The notes under the pieces were generated by a model. That model had not been told where the DNA came from and did no database searches. It worked only from the letters and a program-made list of their open reading frames with translations. Shown here piece by piece: positions 12,057 to 22,800 of a DNA stretch of 64,000 nucleotides (position 1 is its first letter; every line of letters begins with the position of its first letter). This DNA is from an uncultured Flavobacteriales bacterium. Its GTDB lineage: Bacteria > Bacteroidota > Bacteroidia > Flavobacteriales_E > Vicingaceae. The position numbers and the translations under genes are program-made. The stretch spans positions 12,051 through 76,050 of the forward strand of contig CAJWVX010000001.1 in NCBI GenBank assembly GCA_913048175.1. Direction: 5' to 3'.

Positions 12057-12824
12057 TTACTTAATAACAATTGCAGAATCAATAAAGATATCTGTAACAG
12101 GCCAATCTTGAGAATCGGTATCTACATGAGTCAATTTTGGAACAACTTTATAACCAGATATAATTTGGCCAAAAACGGTATGCTCCCCATCAATATGAGC
12201 TGCTCCAGGGTTCTTACTGTAATAATTTCTTTGCTTTAATGTGTACTTGTAGTTATTCTCAAGCTCATAATGATCTAAAGAAATATCACTAAATTTTAAT
12301 CCTTCTACAAAATAAAACTCATCACAAGCAGATCTTTTAGTTGGATTTTTTTTATAATCACGAGCAGAAGCAACAGCGCCTTTTTTATGAAAGTGATGAT
12401 GACTCATTTCTGAAGGAATAGTGTAAGAACCTATAGTATCCTGTATGGATCGTTGTAATTCATCATAAGAACCACCGCATTGAGCCATAAATTTTTTAGC
12501 AACTCTAGAAAATAAAGAATGCTTAAAATATCCTGCTTTAACTAAAAGTAAAAAGTTGGCTCTATGTAGTGGAGTATCCTTAAATAATTGAATCCTAATT
12601 TTTCCTTTAGTAGAATAAATGTCTATAATGGTTTCTGGGTTTTCTTTTCCATAGATAGTTAATCGGTCAACAACATTATCATTCGTTATTTTTTCAAAGT
12701 AAACCTTCGGTTTTACAATAATCTTACTCTGCTTTATTTTTTTTTTTAAAGTAGGCTCAACTTTTTCTTCTGTGCAGGAAAAAAAAAAGTGAAGAATGAA
12801 AATGTAAAAAACTGTTTTTATCAT
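12057..12824 (-). CDS. Cyclophilin-type peptidyl-prolyl cis-trans isomerase, lipoprotein
   Basis: 255 aa with lipobox FFFSC and cyclophilin motifs FSRVAKKFMAQCGG and HTVFGQIISGYKVV. Confidence 0.9.
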   Translation of the reverse strand: MIKTVFYIFILHFFFSCTEEKVEPTLKKKIKQSKIIVKPKVYFEKITNDNVVDRLTIYGKENPETIIDIYSTKGKIRIQLFKDTPLHRANFLLLVKAGYFKHSLFSRVAKKFMAQCGGSYDELQRSIQDTIGSYTIPSEMSHHHFHKKGAVASARDYKKNPTKRSACDEFYFVEGLKFSDISLDHYELENNYKYTLKQRNYYSKNPGAAHIDGEHTVFGQIISGYKVVPKLTHVDTDSQDWPVTDIFIDSAIVIK

Positions 12825-12889
12825 CTTGTAAAATTAATAAAGCCAAGGATGTGAAGATTCTTAAAAAGTGATTATTATTAAATAATTAG

Positions 12890-13355
12890 ATTAACGGTAT
12901 TAGAGTAACTAAAATTAGTGAGAATATAACTTGTAAAGAAGGAACTCATAGTAATACAGCAACTCTTAGATGGATAAGGAATGAACCTGATGAAACTCAA
13001 TTAAAGGCTATGAAGAAAATAGCTAAAGAAGTTTTTATTCTTTATTAGTTGAATTTGAAGGAGCTATTAAAGTGGATTATTTTTTAGATATACAGCTTTA
13101 AACAAAATAATTGGAGGTCGAATAACATCATAGAATTGTGCTGCTGAAGCAATGGATATTGATGCAACTAATGAAGTTACTAATAAAAGACTATTTGATT
13201 ACATTAAGAAGAATTTAGATTATGATCAGCTGATTTGGGAATTTGGAATAGAGAAAAGTCCAGATTGGATTCATGTGTCTTATACATCTTCTAAAGAAAA
13301 TAGAAAACGAGTTTTAAAGTCAGTTAAAGATGAAAATCCTGTTTACCATATATAA
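12890..13355 (+). pseudogene. Decayed D-Ala-D-Ala carboxypeptidase-family (peptidase M15) cell-wall hydrolase
   Basis: Three successive frames give ISENITCKEGTHSNTATLRWIRNEPDETQLKAMKKIAKEVF, then VEFEGAIKV, then SGLFFRYTALNKIIGGRITS*NCAAEAMDIDA...FDYIKKNLDYDQLIWEFG...DWIHVSY..NRKRVL. This is colinear with phage-type M15 peptidases. The SQH zinc motif now reads S-stop-N, and the region has no start codon and several stops and frameshifts. Confidence 0.65.
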
Positions 13356-13615
13356 GAATTAGGAAAAGAACCTACAGAATCAGCAAAGGAAGATGTTGTT
13401 AGTGAAAAAAAAGAGTAAAAAGGGATTATTAAAGTAAAGATAATACTTAGTCTGTGGCAAAAATCTTCTACAGAGGCTAAATTTGTTGGCCAATTAAAGG
13501 ATAGTAAAAAAGAGAAGATAATAAGGGAAGAACCAGATTAAGATCATATTAACATTAATAAATATTCTGGTTGGTTTCATTTAAGTATGTAAAGATTAAC
13601 CAAAGTAAATAATAA

Positions 13616-13648
13616 CAAAAAAGCCTCAACATTTGTTGAGGCTTTTTT
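13616..13648. terminator. Rho-independent terminator downstream of the DUF3127 gene (bidirectional shape)
   Basis: Stem AGCCTCAACA (13622-13631) / TGTTGAGGCT (13634-13643) is flanked by an A-run and T6. It lies 20 nt past the stop of the minus-strand gene. Confidence 0.75.
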
Positions 13649-13667
13649 GTTATTAGGTTATATTCTT

Positions 13668-14027
13668 TTAAAATGGCAAATCATCATCTCCAGCAGGAGC
13701 ATCATCAATTGCTGGAGCTGGAGCTGCACCACCAGAAGGAGCGCCAGCACCAATAGTATTGATTTTCCAAGCATCAAGATTGTGGTAATACTTTCCGTTA
13801 AATTCTCTTGAAGAAACATTAAAAGCAACTTCTACTTCTTGTCCTTCTCCGTAGTTTCTTAACATATCTACTTTTTCATCTCCAAATAAGCTAAAACAAA
13901 CTTCTGGGTTATATTGAGCACCTGTATCTAAAACAAAACTTTGCTTTTTCCACTCTTTACCAGCTTTACTGGTACCTGTTTCAATACTTAATACTTTAGT
14001 AATTCTTCCTTTTACTGCTAAACTCAT
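13668..14027 (-). CDS. DUF3127 family protein (OB-fold-like, SSB-like acidic tail)
   Basis: 119 aa. The N-terminus MSLAVKGRITKVLSIETGTSKAGKEWKKQSFVLDT is typical of DUF3127. The C-terminus has a Gly/Ala/Pro linker ending in DDDLPF. Confidence 0.8.
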   Translation of the reverse strand: MSLAVKGRITKVLSIETGTSKAGKEWKKQSFVLDTGAQYNPEVCFSLFGDEKVDMLRNYGEGQEVEVAFNVSSREFNGKYYHNLDAWKINTIGAGAPSGGAAPAPAIDDAPAGDDDLPF

Positions 14028-14147
14028 AATTGTTTTTTTTTAATTGGGTAACAAATCTAATTATTAGAAAATTTTTAGTCGATTTTTGAATTCACAACTT
14101 ATTAACAAAATTGCAAAAGTGTTCAATATTCAATATCATTGTAAAGT

Positions 14148-15101
14148 ATGGAATGTAAAAACTGTAATCAATCAATAAAAATAAATGATAAATTCTGTTC
14201 AACTTGTGGACAAAAGAATATATCTAAGCTCAATGTAAAATTTGTATTTGGAGAAGTTTTTCAAACACTATTTAATATTGACTCTAAAGTTTTTAGATCT
14301 TTAAGATTTTTAATCTTTAAACCTGGTTATTTAACTAAAGAGTATTTAGAGGGCAAAAGAGTTAGTTATCTTCCTCCAATTAGAATATATTTAGCACTTA
14401 GTTTTTTATACTTCTTTTTGATATCTGTTGTTGATTTTGAAGACAAAACAAAAGTAGTTGAAGATTTAGACTTTAATCTTACGGGTAATAGTTTTTCTAT
14501 TAATAAAGATAAAAATGTTAATAATAAAATAGGTGGAGCAACTTTTAATCTTTCAGGTAAAGATGTTGTTGTTCCTTACAAAGAATTAAAAAGAATGCAC
14601 AATGCAGGAACTTTACAGGAAGATTTAGACTCCTTAACTGCTGAAATGCCAAAGATGGAAGGTTATTTTGCTCGTAAATCTGTAATGATTTCGATAGATG
14701 ATAAAGGTTTCTATGATTTGTTACGAGATCAGCTCTCAATCTTTTTGATTCTCTTTCTACCATTTTTTGCTTTATTGTATGGTCTTATTTTTAGAAAAAG
14801 TAAAAAAGGATTTATAGGCCATTTAATTTTCAATTTACATCTTAATTCTTTTTTGATATTTATGATGTTAACAGATTTATTTGTTGAATTTTTGATTGGA
14901 AGTTATATTACAATTAATATAATCTGGGGAATATTACTCATTCTATCCATAATATATTATCTGTTAAGATCATTAATGATATTTTATAACAGAAAATGGT
15001 GGGCAGTTTTATATAAATTTATATTGTTACTTTTAGGTTACGGAGTATTAGCTATATTGTTTTTAACTGTAATATTCATTTGGTCTATGGTTATGCTTTA
15101 G
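14148..15101 (+). CDS. DUF3667-like membrane protein with N-terminal zinc ribbon
   Basis: 317 aa starting MECKNCNQSIKINDKFCSTCGQK (CxxC...CxxC), with several C-terminal TM helices. Confidence 0.65.
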   Translation: MECKNCNQSIKINDKFCSTCGQKNISKLNVKFVFGEVFQTLFNIDSKVFRSLRFLIFKPGYLTKEYLEGKRVSYLPPIRIYLALSFLYFFLISVVDFEDKTKVVEDLDFNLTGNSFSINKDKNVNNKIGGATFNLSGKDVVVPYKELKRMHNAGTLQEDLDSLTAEMPKMEGYFARKSVMISIDDKGFYDLLRDQLSIFLILFLPFFALLYGLIFRKSKKGFIGHLIFNLHLNSFLIFMMLTDLFVEFLIGSYITINIIWGILLILSIIYYLLRSLMIFYNRKWWAVLYKFILLLLGYGVLAILFLTVIFIWSMVML

Positions 15102-16594
15102 ATCGCTATTCCAAAAACAAATTTTGCCATTAAATAAAATACTGAAGTAACAATAATAACACCCCAAAGGTTAAATAGAATTCCTGCTCTTATCATCTGT
15201 TTTATCTTAACATGACCCGATCCAAAAATAATTGCTTGAGTAGGAGAGGCTATAGGCATCATAAAGGCGCAACTTGCAGATAGTGTTGCTGGTATCATTA
15301 AGATTCTAGGATCTAAACCTAAAACAACACTTGCTTTTGCTAATATTGGTAGGATAAGATTTGTAGTTGCTGTATTTGATGTTATTTCAGTTAAAAAGGT
15401 TAAAACAACACAAACTATTAATACAATTAAAATAGGTGAATCTATTTCTAAACTGGCAAATAGGTTTCCGATTAAACTAGATAAACCGCTACTATTAAAA
15501 CCACCTGCAATTGCAAAACCACCACCAAAAAGTAGCAGAATTCCCCATGGTAATTCACGTGCTTTATTCCATGTTAATAGTTTTTCGGTTGGTCTATCAT
15601 TAGAAGGAATTAAGAATAGTAAAAGTGATGTTGCTACAGCAATAGATGCATCGCTCACCATTTCTAATCCAAAAGAAGTTCTCCATCCGTGTATTGTAAA
15701 TGATTCACTTAAAGTTATATCAGAACCAGTAACCCAAAGAATTGCTGCAGATAAGAATATCAATCCAGAAGCAATTTCATCTCTTCTTACTTTTCCTAAT
15801 TGGGATAAGAGATTTTTGATGATATCATTTCCATCAAAAATATTCCCTTTAGGCATTCTAAATATAACTTTAGTCATTAATAGCCAGCCTGTAAATAAAA
15901 AAGTAACAGCAACAGGTAGTCCCATCATCATCCATTGGGTAAAGCCAACTTTACGTAAGTTAGGGAATAGCTCATGGTATAATTCCATAAATACCATGTT
16001 GGGAGGAGTTCCAATTAATGTTGCCATACCTCCAATATCTGCAGAGTATGCAATGCCTAGCATTAGAGCAACAGCAAATTTTGATAAAAAGCTTTCGGAA
16101 TTTTTTACTTCTTTAATTTCTTGAATTATAGAAAGACCAATTGGCATCATAACCATTACTGATGCGGTATTAGAAATCCACATGCTTAAGCCCGCAGTTG
16201 CTACCATAAACCCTAAAACCAGATTAGCAGGTTTACTCCCAATTAAATTAACAATATGTAATGCAATTCGTTTATGAAGGTTTGAGTTCTGAATTCCTTG
16301 AGCTAACATAAGTCCTCCTAAGAATAAGAAAATGATTTCTTTACCAAAAAATAGAGCAGTAGATTTTGTATCTAATATTCCAAATAAAGGGAATAAGAAG
16401 ATTGGAAATAGTGAAGTTATGGCGATTGGAACGACTTCAAAAATCCAAAAAACAGCCATTATAATAACAATTGCAGCCATTATTGGAGCTTGAGTATATT
16501 GTTCTGATGGAACTAAAGAATAACCAATAATAGCCAATAAAACAGCTAATACCCCATATATCCATTTACTTTTTAAGAAGTTTAAGCTACTCAT
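15098..16594 (-). CDS. DASS/SLC13 family sodium-coupled anion symporter
   Basis: 498-aa polytopic ORF with SNTA hairpin motifs typical of SLC13/DASS carriers (WISNTASVMVMMP and EITSNTATTNLILP). Confidence 0.85.
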   Translation of the reverse strand: MSSLNFLKSKWIYGVLAVLLAIIGYSLVPSEQYTQAPIMAAIVIIMAVFWIFEVVPIAITSLFPIFLFPLFGILDTKSTALFFGKEIIFLFLGGLMLAQGIQNSNLHKRIALHIVNLIGSKPANLVLGFMVATAGLSMWISNTASVMVMMPIGLSIIQEIKEVKNSESFLSKFAVALMLGIAYSADIGGMATLIGTPPNMVFMELYHELFPNLRKVGFTQWMMMGLPVAVTFLFTGWLLMTKVIFRMPKGNIFDGNDIIKNLLSQLGKVRRDEIASGLIFLSAAILWVTGSDITLSESFTIHGWRTSFGLEMVSDASIAVATSLLLFLIPSNDRPTEKLLTWNKARELPWGILLLFGGGFAIAGGFNSSGLSSLIGNLFASLEIDSPILIVLIVCVVLTFLTEITSNTATTNLILPILAKASVVLGLDPRILMIPATLSASCAFMMPIASPTQAIIFGSGHVKIKQMIRAGILFNLWGVIIVTSVFYLMAKFVFGIAI

Positions 16595-17864
16595 TTATCT
16601 TCATTTTAATCAAGCCTTTATAATAAATTAGTAATGGTAAAATAGATATAAAAATGAACAATCCAATTATAAAGTATGACCATGTAATATTATCTTCTGT
16701 AGTAAAAAAAGTTAATGAGAATAGTGTAATAAAGGAGAAACGAATTAAAACATTTAGTGTTTGAAACACACTTCCTGTTCGCCCAATTAGATTATTAGGT
16801 ATATGATTAAATAGATAAGTAATTCTTAAAACTCTTGTTCCTGCATTGGTTAAGCCTAAAACAAAACATACAAATACAAGAACCGCAGAGCTTTCTGAGA
16901 ATGAAAGTAGTTCAAAGACTATAAAACTTAAAACCATCATAATTATAATTGCCTTTATGGTATTTGTTCTTTTAAATACCCATCTAATACCTATGCCTGA
17001 TAACATAGCACCCAAAGCATACATCATTTTTGCGCCTGCATAAACTGCAGAATTGGCTTCTAAATGATTACTAATATAAACTGGCACCAACTGATGTATA
17101 TGAATCAAAAACATTGCAAAAATTGCATAAGATCCTAATCCAAAATGGAATAATAAAGGGTGTTTTTTTAGGAATAAAGCTCCTTGTTTTAATCTAGAGT
17201 AAACAGAGCCAAGATGAACAGCTTCTTTTGCTACTGGTTTGTATTTGATGAAAAGGATAAGAATAAAAGCTATAGCATAAGTAAAAGCATCCATTAAAAA
17301 TATCTCATGAATTGACCAAGCTTCCAATTTGAAATTAACGATTCCATTTAAACCAATATCAGATAAAAATTGCTCATCAATTCCAGTAATTAGAATTGCT
17401 GCAAAAGCTCCAGATATAACACTGGTAGCTTGACCTTGAACTTCAATAAAGGAGTTCATTTTTCCGTAATTTTTCTTTTCACTAATCTCTTGGCCAAAAG
17501 CGTAAAGAGTTGGGTAATGAACATTGTATATAAAAAGTGTCGTACAAAAAACAACTCCGATTAAAACCATAGGAACCTCGCCTAGTAAAAAACCAGATAA
17601 AGCAATTGAACCAATAATTAAAGCACCAATAAGAGTGATTAAAAGGAAAATTTTTTTTCTGGGATATCGATCAATTAAAGTTCCAACATACAATCCCCAA
17701 AAAAGAGTTAGAAATGTTGCTATTCCGTAAATTGTTCCAAAGGTAGAACTTGCATCTAAAATATCAGAAAAGTACCATGGTATTGCCAGCATGCTTATGC
17801 CTTGGGCAAAACCTGAAACAGCATTTGCAGTTAGTAATAAATATAAGGCACTTTTGTTTTGCAT
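16587..17864 (-). CDS. MFS transporter
   Basis: 425 aa with about 12 TM segments and an MFS loop motif GTLIDRYPRKKIF. It overlaps the downstream DASS gene by 8 nt, which suggests one operon. Confidence 0.85.
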   Translation of the reverse strand: MQNKSALYLLLTANAVSGFAQGISMLAIPWYFSDILDASSTFGTIYGIATFLTLFWGLYVGTLIDRYPRKKIFLLITLIGALIIGSIALSGFLLGEVPMVLIGVVFCTTLFIYNVHYPTLYAFGQEISEKKNYGKMNSFIEVQGQATSVISGAFAAILITGIDEQFLSDIGLNGIVNFKLEAWSIHEIFLMDAFTYAIAFILILFIKYKPVAKEAVHLGSVYSRLKQGALFLKKHPLLFHFGLGSYAIFAMFLIHIHQLVPVYISNHLEANSAVYAGAKMMYALGAMLSGIGIRWVFKRTNTIKAIIIMMVLSFIVFELLSFSESSAVLVFVCFVLGLTNAGTRVLRITYLFNHIPNNLIGRTGSVFQTLNVLIRFSFITLFSLTFFTTEDNITWSYFIIGLFIFISILPLLIYYKGLIKMKINE

Positions 17865-18012
17865 TGATTATTTTTGAAACGGTAAAAGTAACAAAACTGA
17901 TGTCATTCCGGTTGGAGTGAAACATGTAAAGCGAAGGTTTTATCGAGAAATATTTTTAATTATCAATCTGTTAGTCAATAAACCCCTTTCTTTTGAAGGG
18001 ATGAAATAGAAA

Positions 18013-18489
18013 ATGAAACAATACTCCAGAAATATGACTTTTGATAGGGCAAGAGAAAAAGCAATGAGATATTGCTCTTTTCAAGAACGCTGTCAGTTAG
18101 ATTTGACTAATCGTTTTAGGGCATGGAATGTAGAAGAAAAAAACTGGGATAAAATTTTAGATTATTTAATTGATGAGAATTTTTTGAACGAAAAACGTTA
18201 CGTAGAAGCTTTTGTTAGAGGTAAATTTAAAATAAAGAAGTGGGGAATTAATAAAATTAAAATGGGTTTAATTACTAAGCGTGTTTTTAATGAATCTCAA
18301 TTTAATAAAGTTTTTGAAGCTGAAATAGAAGAGGAGGAATATTTAAAAACAATAACTGAACTTGTAAAAAAAAAGAATTATTTGATTAATGAACCAGATG
18401 ATTTTATGAAGAGAGACAAGCTCTATCGTTATATGCTTTCTAAAGGTTATGAATCAGATTTAGTTGTAAAAGAGTTGAATAAGTTATGA
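18013..18489 (+). CDS. recX: Regulatory protein RecX
   Basis: 158 aa. AREKAMRYCSFQERCQLDLTNRF followed by repeated helical modules (NEKRYVEAFVRGK...) fits the RecX family. recA is not adjacent. Confidence 0.75.
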   Translation: MKQYSRNMTFDRAREKAMRYCSFQERCQLDLTNRFRAWNVEEKNWDKILDYLIDENFLNEKRYVEAFVRGKFKIKKWGINKIKMGLITKRVFNESQFNKVFEAEIEEEEYLKTITELVKKKNYLINEPDDFMKRDKLYRYMLSKGYESDLVVKELNKL

Positions 18490-18506
18490 ATAGAAGATAA
18501 ATAATT

Positions 18507-19052
18507 CTACTTCACAAATTTTTTCTCTTTAATAACATCATAGCCAAAAAAACCCTCGGCAATTGTTAGTTTTAAAAATGGTTTTCCTAATATTTCATTA
18601 GTGTTAATATCATTTATTTCTGTAATTTTTTTCTCTCCAGAAAAAGTATTTCCTTCTAAAATTAAGCCTAAATATTGAGTGTTATTTTCGCCTTCAACAT
18701 AAAGCTGTTCTATTCTATATTTATGAGTTGTTGGATTAAAACTTATTAAAAAGTTTATGCAAAGAAATAAACCTGTTAAAAATGGACCCACACCGATAAT
18801 ATTAAAAATTATCATTTCATACTTTATAAAATTGAACCATTTTTGATAGATTTTTAAAGGAATTATAAATCCAATAACGGTAAAACCAATAATAAATTTA
18901 GAAAGAGAATAAAAGTCAATTAGTGTATAAGCAAAGAAAACAAGAGTAGAGCAAACCCCGATAAAAAGAGCTAAAACAGAAATAATTAAAAAGAGTAAAC
19001 TATTATCCTTTGTCTCTTTATAATTATCAATATTATTTTTAACTGGTTTCAA
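18507..19052 (-). CDS. Hypothetical membrane protein
   Basis: 181-aa ORF with 3-4 hydrophobic helices and a soluble C-terminal ~70 aa. I recognised no motif. Confidence 0.5.
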   Translation of the reverse strand: MKPVKNNIDNYKETKDNSLLFLIISVLALFIGVCSTLVFFAYTLIDFYSLSKFIIGFTVIGFIIPLKIYQKWFNFIKYEMIIFNIIGVGPFLTGLFLCINFLISFNPTTHKYRIEQLYVEGENNTQYLGLILEGNTFSGEKKITEINDINTNEILGKPFLKLTIAEGFFGYDVIKEKKFVK

Positions 19053-19058
19053 AAGCTA

Positions 19059-19700
19059 TTACTGATTTAAAAAAGGATTGTTAATTTTTTCAAAACCAAT
19101 AGTTGTACTTTGACCATGACCAGTATAAACTTTATAATCCAAAGGTAGAGTCATTAATTTAGTGTTGATACTTTCTATCAATGTTGCATGATCTCCTCCA
19201 GGTAAGTCTGTTCTGCCAATACTACCATAAAACAGAACGTCTCCATTAACCACAAATTTATCTTGATGACTAACAAATACAATATGTCCAGCGCTATGTC
19301 CAGGAGTAAATAATACACTTAATTCTGAGTTTCCAAATTTCACGATATCACCTTCATCTAGAAGTGTAGTTGGTTCAGGCGATTTATCAACATTAAAACC
19401 AAATGTATGACCATATTCAGGTGTAGCATGCAATGTTGGCAAATCTTTTTCATGCATTTCTAAACCAACATTATATTTTGTAGCTACAAAGTTATTACCT
19501 AATATATGATCAATATGGCAGTGTGTATTAAGTAATTTAATAGGGGTTAATCCGTTTTCAGATATATAGTTTGTTAAAACTTGTTGCTCTTCGTTACTAT
19601 AACAACCAGGATCAATTATTACACATTCTTTAGTATCATCAAATAAAATGTAAGTATTTTCTTGAAATCCGTTAAATGCAAAATAGTGTACGTTAATCAT
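19059..19700 (-). CDS. MBL-fold metallo-hydrolase (glyoxalase II-like)
   Basis: 213 aa with the metal motif THCHIDH, then TPGHSAGH and a later GDVLF...GRTD. Confidence 0.9.
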   Translation of the reverse strand: MINVHYFAFNGFQENTYILFDDTKECVIIDPGCYSNEEQQVLTNYISENGLTPIKLLNTHCHIDHILGNNFVATKYNVGLEMHEKDLPTLHATPEYGHTFGFNVDKSPEPTTLLDEGDIVKFGNSELSVLFTPGHSAGHIVFVSHQDKFVVNGDVLFYGSIGRTDLPGGDHATLIESINTKLMTLPLDYKVYTGHGQSTTIGFEKINNPFLNQ

Positions 19701-19822
19701 TGTTTTTTTTGTTGGTTTTATGGTTGTAAAAGTATTTACAATCCTTATAAAATCACTAATTTTACTGGTAAAATTTATTTCAAAAAATTAAAACAAAATT
19801 AAATTATATCGTTCTGATTTTA

Positions 19823-22800
19823 TTGGTGTTAGGAGCAATTCTTTTCACTAGCAATTCTAATGCTCAATTTTATAATGGAACTCATGTGGGGTTTGGAAAG
19901 AATAGGGTACAGTATGATTATTTTGAATGGAAATATTATCGTTACACGCAATACGAAACTTATTTTTATACAGGTGGTAAAGAGTTGGCATTGTACACTG
20001 CTAAGGTTGCACGAAAACACATTCAAGATCAAGAAGAGTTTTTTGAGTACGAATTAAAAGATAAGATTCAATTTATTATTTACAATAAACAATCTCATTT
20101 TAAACAAAGTAATGTTGGATTAAGTTTAGACAATGGAGAGATAGGTGGTATTACTAATATTATGGGATCCAAAGTCTATATATACTTCAATGGAAATCAT
20201 GAAGATTTTAATAGACAAATTAAAGAAGGTATTGCTCAGATATTAGTTAATCAACAAATTTATGGTTCTAATTGGAGGCAGGTTCTTCGGAATTCTAGTT
20301 TGCTTTCAGTACCTGAATGGTATCATAAAGGTTTAACATCTTTTGTCTCTGACAAGTGGAATCCATCTATAGAGAATAGTGTTAGAGATGGTGTTACTTC
20401 TGGGAAGTATAAAAAATTTAATCGTTTATCTGATAAGGATGCCATAATTGCAGGACATTCATTATGGGCATTTATTATTGATACTTATGGAGAAGCTGTA
20501 ATTCCTAACATTCTTTATATGACACGCATAACCCAAAGTGTTGATAGAGGCTTTTTATATGTTTTGGGTATTTCTGCAAAAAACCTAACTAAAGATTGGA
20601 GAAGCTATTATGAAAAAGAATATAGTCAATTGGTTAAAACTGATGAACAAGATTATTTAGAGAAGGAGCTTTTTAAAATTAAAAAACGTAGAGATTATTC
20701 TCAGTTTAAGATGAGTCCTGATGGAAATAATTTTGCTTATGTAACCAATAAATTAGGTCAATACAAGATTTACATTTATTATAAAGATGCAGATAAGAGA
20801 TATAAAATATATAAAAAAGAGTTTAAAATAGATAGGATAAATGATGAGTCTTATCCAATTTTAGAATGGAATCCTACAAGTGAAGTGTTGGCTTTTATTA
20901 CTGAAGAAAAAGGAGCTTTATTGATGCATTATTTTGATATTAATTCTGGGGGTATTCAGGTTAAAGCTCTTTTTAAATTAGAAAAGGTAACAGCAATGGA
21001 TTATTCTGATAGTGGTAAAGAAATGGTTTTATCTGGAATTTATAAAGGTCAGTCAGATTTATACTTATACTACATTGGACCAAACTCTCAAAAGCAAATT
21101 ACGAATGATATATATGATGATTTAGAACCTCGATTTATTGAAAATTCAACAAAAATTGCATTTACATCCAATAGAACTGTGGATTCATTAAGTTATAAAC
21201 CTTTAGATAATGAGTTGTTTAACAACCAAAAAGATGTTTGGATTATTGATCATTTATCCAAAAACAAAACATTGACTCAGGTTACAAAAACACCTAATTT
21301 TTCAGAGACGCAGCCTGTAGGTATTGATTCAATGTTATATTATTTAGGAGAAGAAGGTAGAATATTAGCTAGGTATAGTGCTGTAAAAGATAGTTTTATA
21401 ACTCATATTGATACATCTATTCATTATTATCATTTTTATGATGCTAAGCCTGCAGTAAGTTTTTATAATAGAGGGCTATTAGAACATAATATAAATAAAG
21501 AAGGAGATTATACTGAGATATTAAAGGATAACTTTAAATACCACCTTATGGTAAGAAACCTCAGTGAAAAACCAGATAAAAATATAACAATATCTACACC
21601 TAAAGATTCATCTATAATTAAGGACAGTGTCTTTGAAAATCAAGTTATAGTAAATGTTAATGTACCAATAAGACTAAAACCCTTTTCAATTGTAAAAGAT
21701 ACTTCTTATAAAGACTTAATAAATATCAATGATTATGTTTTTGAGGATGAAAAAGATGAAATTCAGAAAAATACAATAATTATTAATAGAGATACAAAAC
21801 AAGATAGTGTTTGGGAAGTCTTTAAAATTCCAAATCAAAGGAATTATAATATTTCATTCTTTAACGATAATTCAGCACTAAAAATGAGTAATTCTTTTGT
21901 TAATGGAGAGTATCAGCAGTTTACCGGTGGACCATATATTAGCCCAGGGTTAGGGGCATTAATAAAGTTTGCAACAATAGATTTATTTGAAGATCATAAA
22001 ATTTATGGTGGGGTCAGATTGTCATCATCTACAAGAGAATACTTTATGACTTACCAAAACTTACTAAGAAGAACAGATAAAGAATATACATTTTCTCGAA
22101 CAACTAGTAATGCTACAAATGGATTTTTTGAAGCAGGTCTTTCAACTAATTCATTAAAGTATTCTATTAAGTACCCTTTTAGTGAGGTATCAAGTATCAG
22201 AACTACAATTACCGGTAGAAATGACAATATTGTTATCAAATCTACAGATGATTTTTCACTAACGGCACCTAATCTAGCAGAGTATAGGGCAATTGGCAAA
22301 GTTGCATATGTTTTTGATAATTCAAGAAATAAAATGACTAATATATACTATGGAACTAAGTTTAAATTATTTGGTGAGTATTATCAAGAATTTGGTGATG
22401 GTTCTTTTGCTTCTACAAAAAATAAATTTAATAAGGATGGTGATGAAAGAGGTCGAGGAAATGGAACTAATGGAAATATGCAAGTAGTTGGTTTTGATTT
22501 TAGACATTCGCAGAAATTAAGTAGAGAGTTGGTTTGGGTAAATAGAATTGCGGCAAGTTCTTCTTTTGGATTTGAAAAATTGATTTATTACTTAGGTAGT
22601 ACTGATGATTGGATTCCAATAGGGCAAGAGCAGTTTATTAATGAGGATGATGTAAATCCCAAAGGTTTAAATTACCGATACCATGCGTTGGCAGCAAACA
22701 TGAGAGGCTTCCCTCAAAATGTTAGAAGAGGGACAAATTTTGCAGTACTTAATAGTGAAATTAGATTTCCTGTGTTTAAGTATTTTATTAAAAGGCCAAT

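Noticed and set aside
13356-13620. SH3-like cell-wall-binding domain remnant after the M15 pseudogene
   Set aside because: Only a weak by-eye resemblance exists, interrupted by stops. It is mentioned under the pseudogene finding but not called as a feature.
17900-17960. Intergenic motif TGTCATTC(C/T)G..., seen here and also at 35628-35700
   Set aside because: The motif resembles short intergenic repeat elements I have seen in Bacteroidota. Only about 10 nt are shared between the two copies in this window, and neither forms a convincing hairpin. That is too little evidence to call a repeat family.
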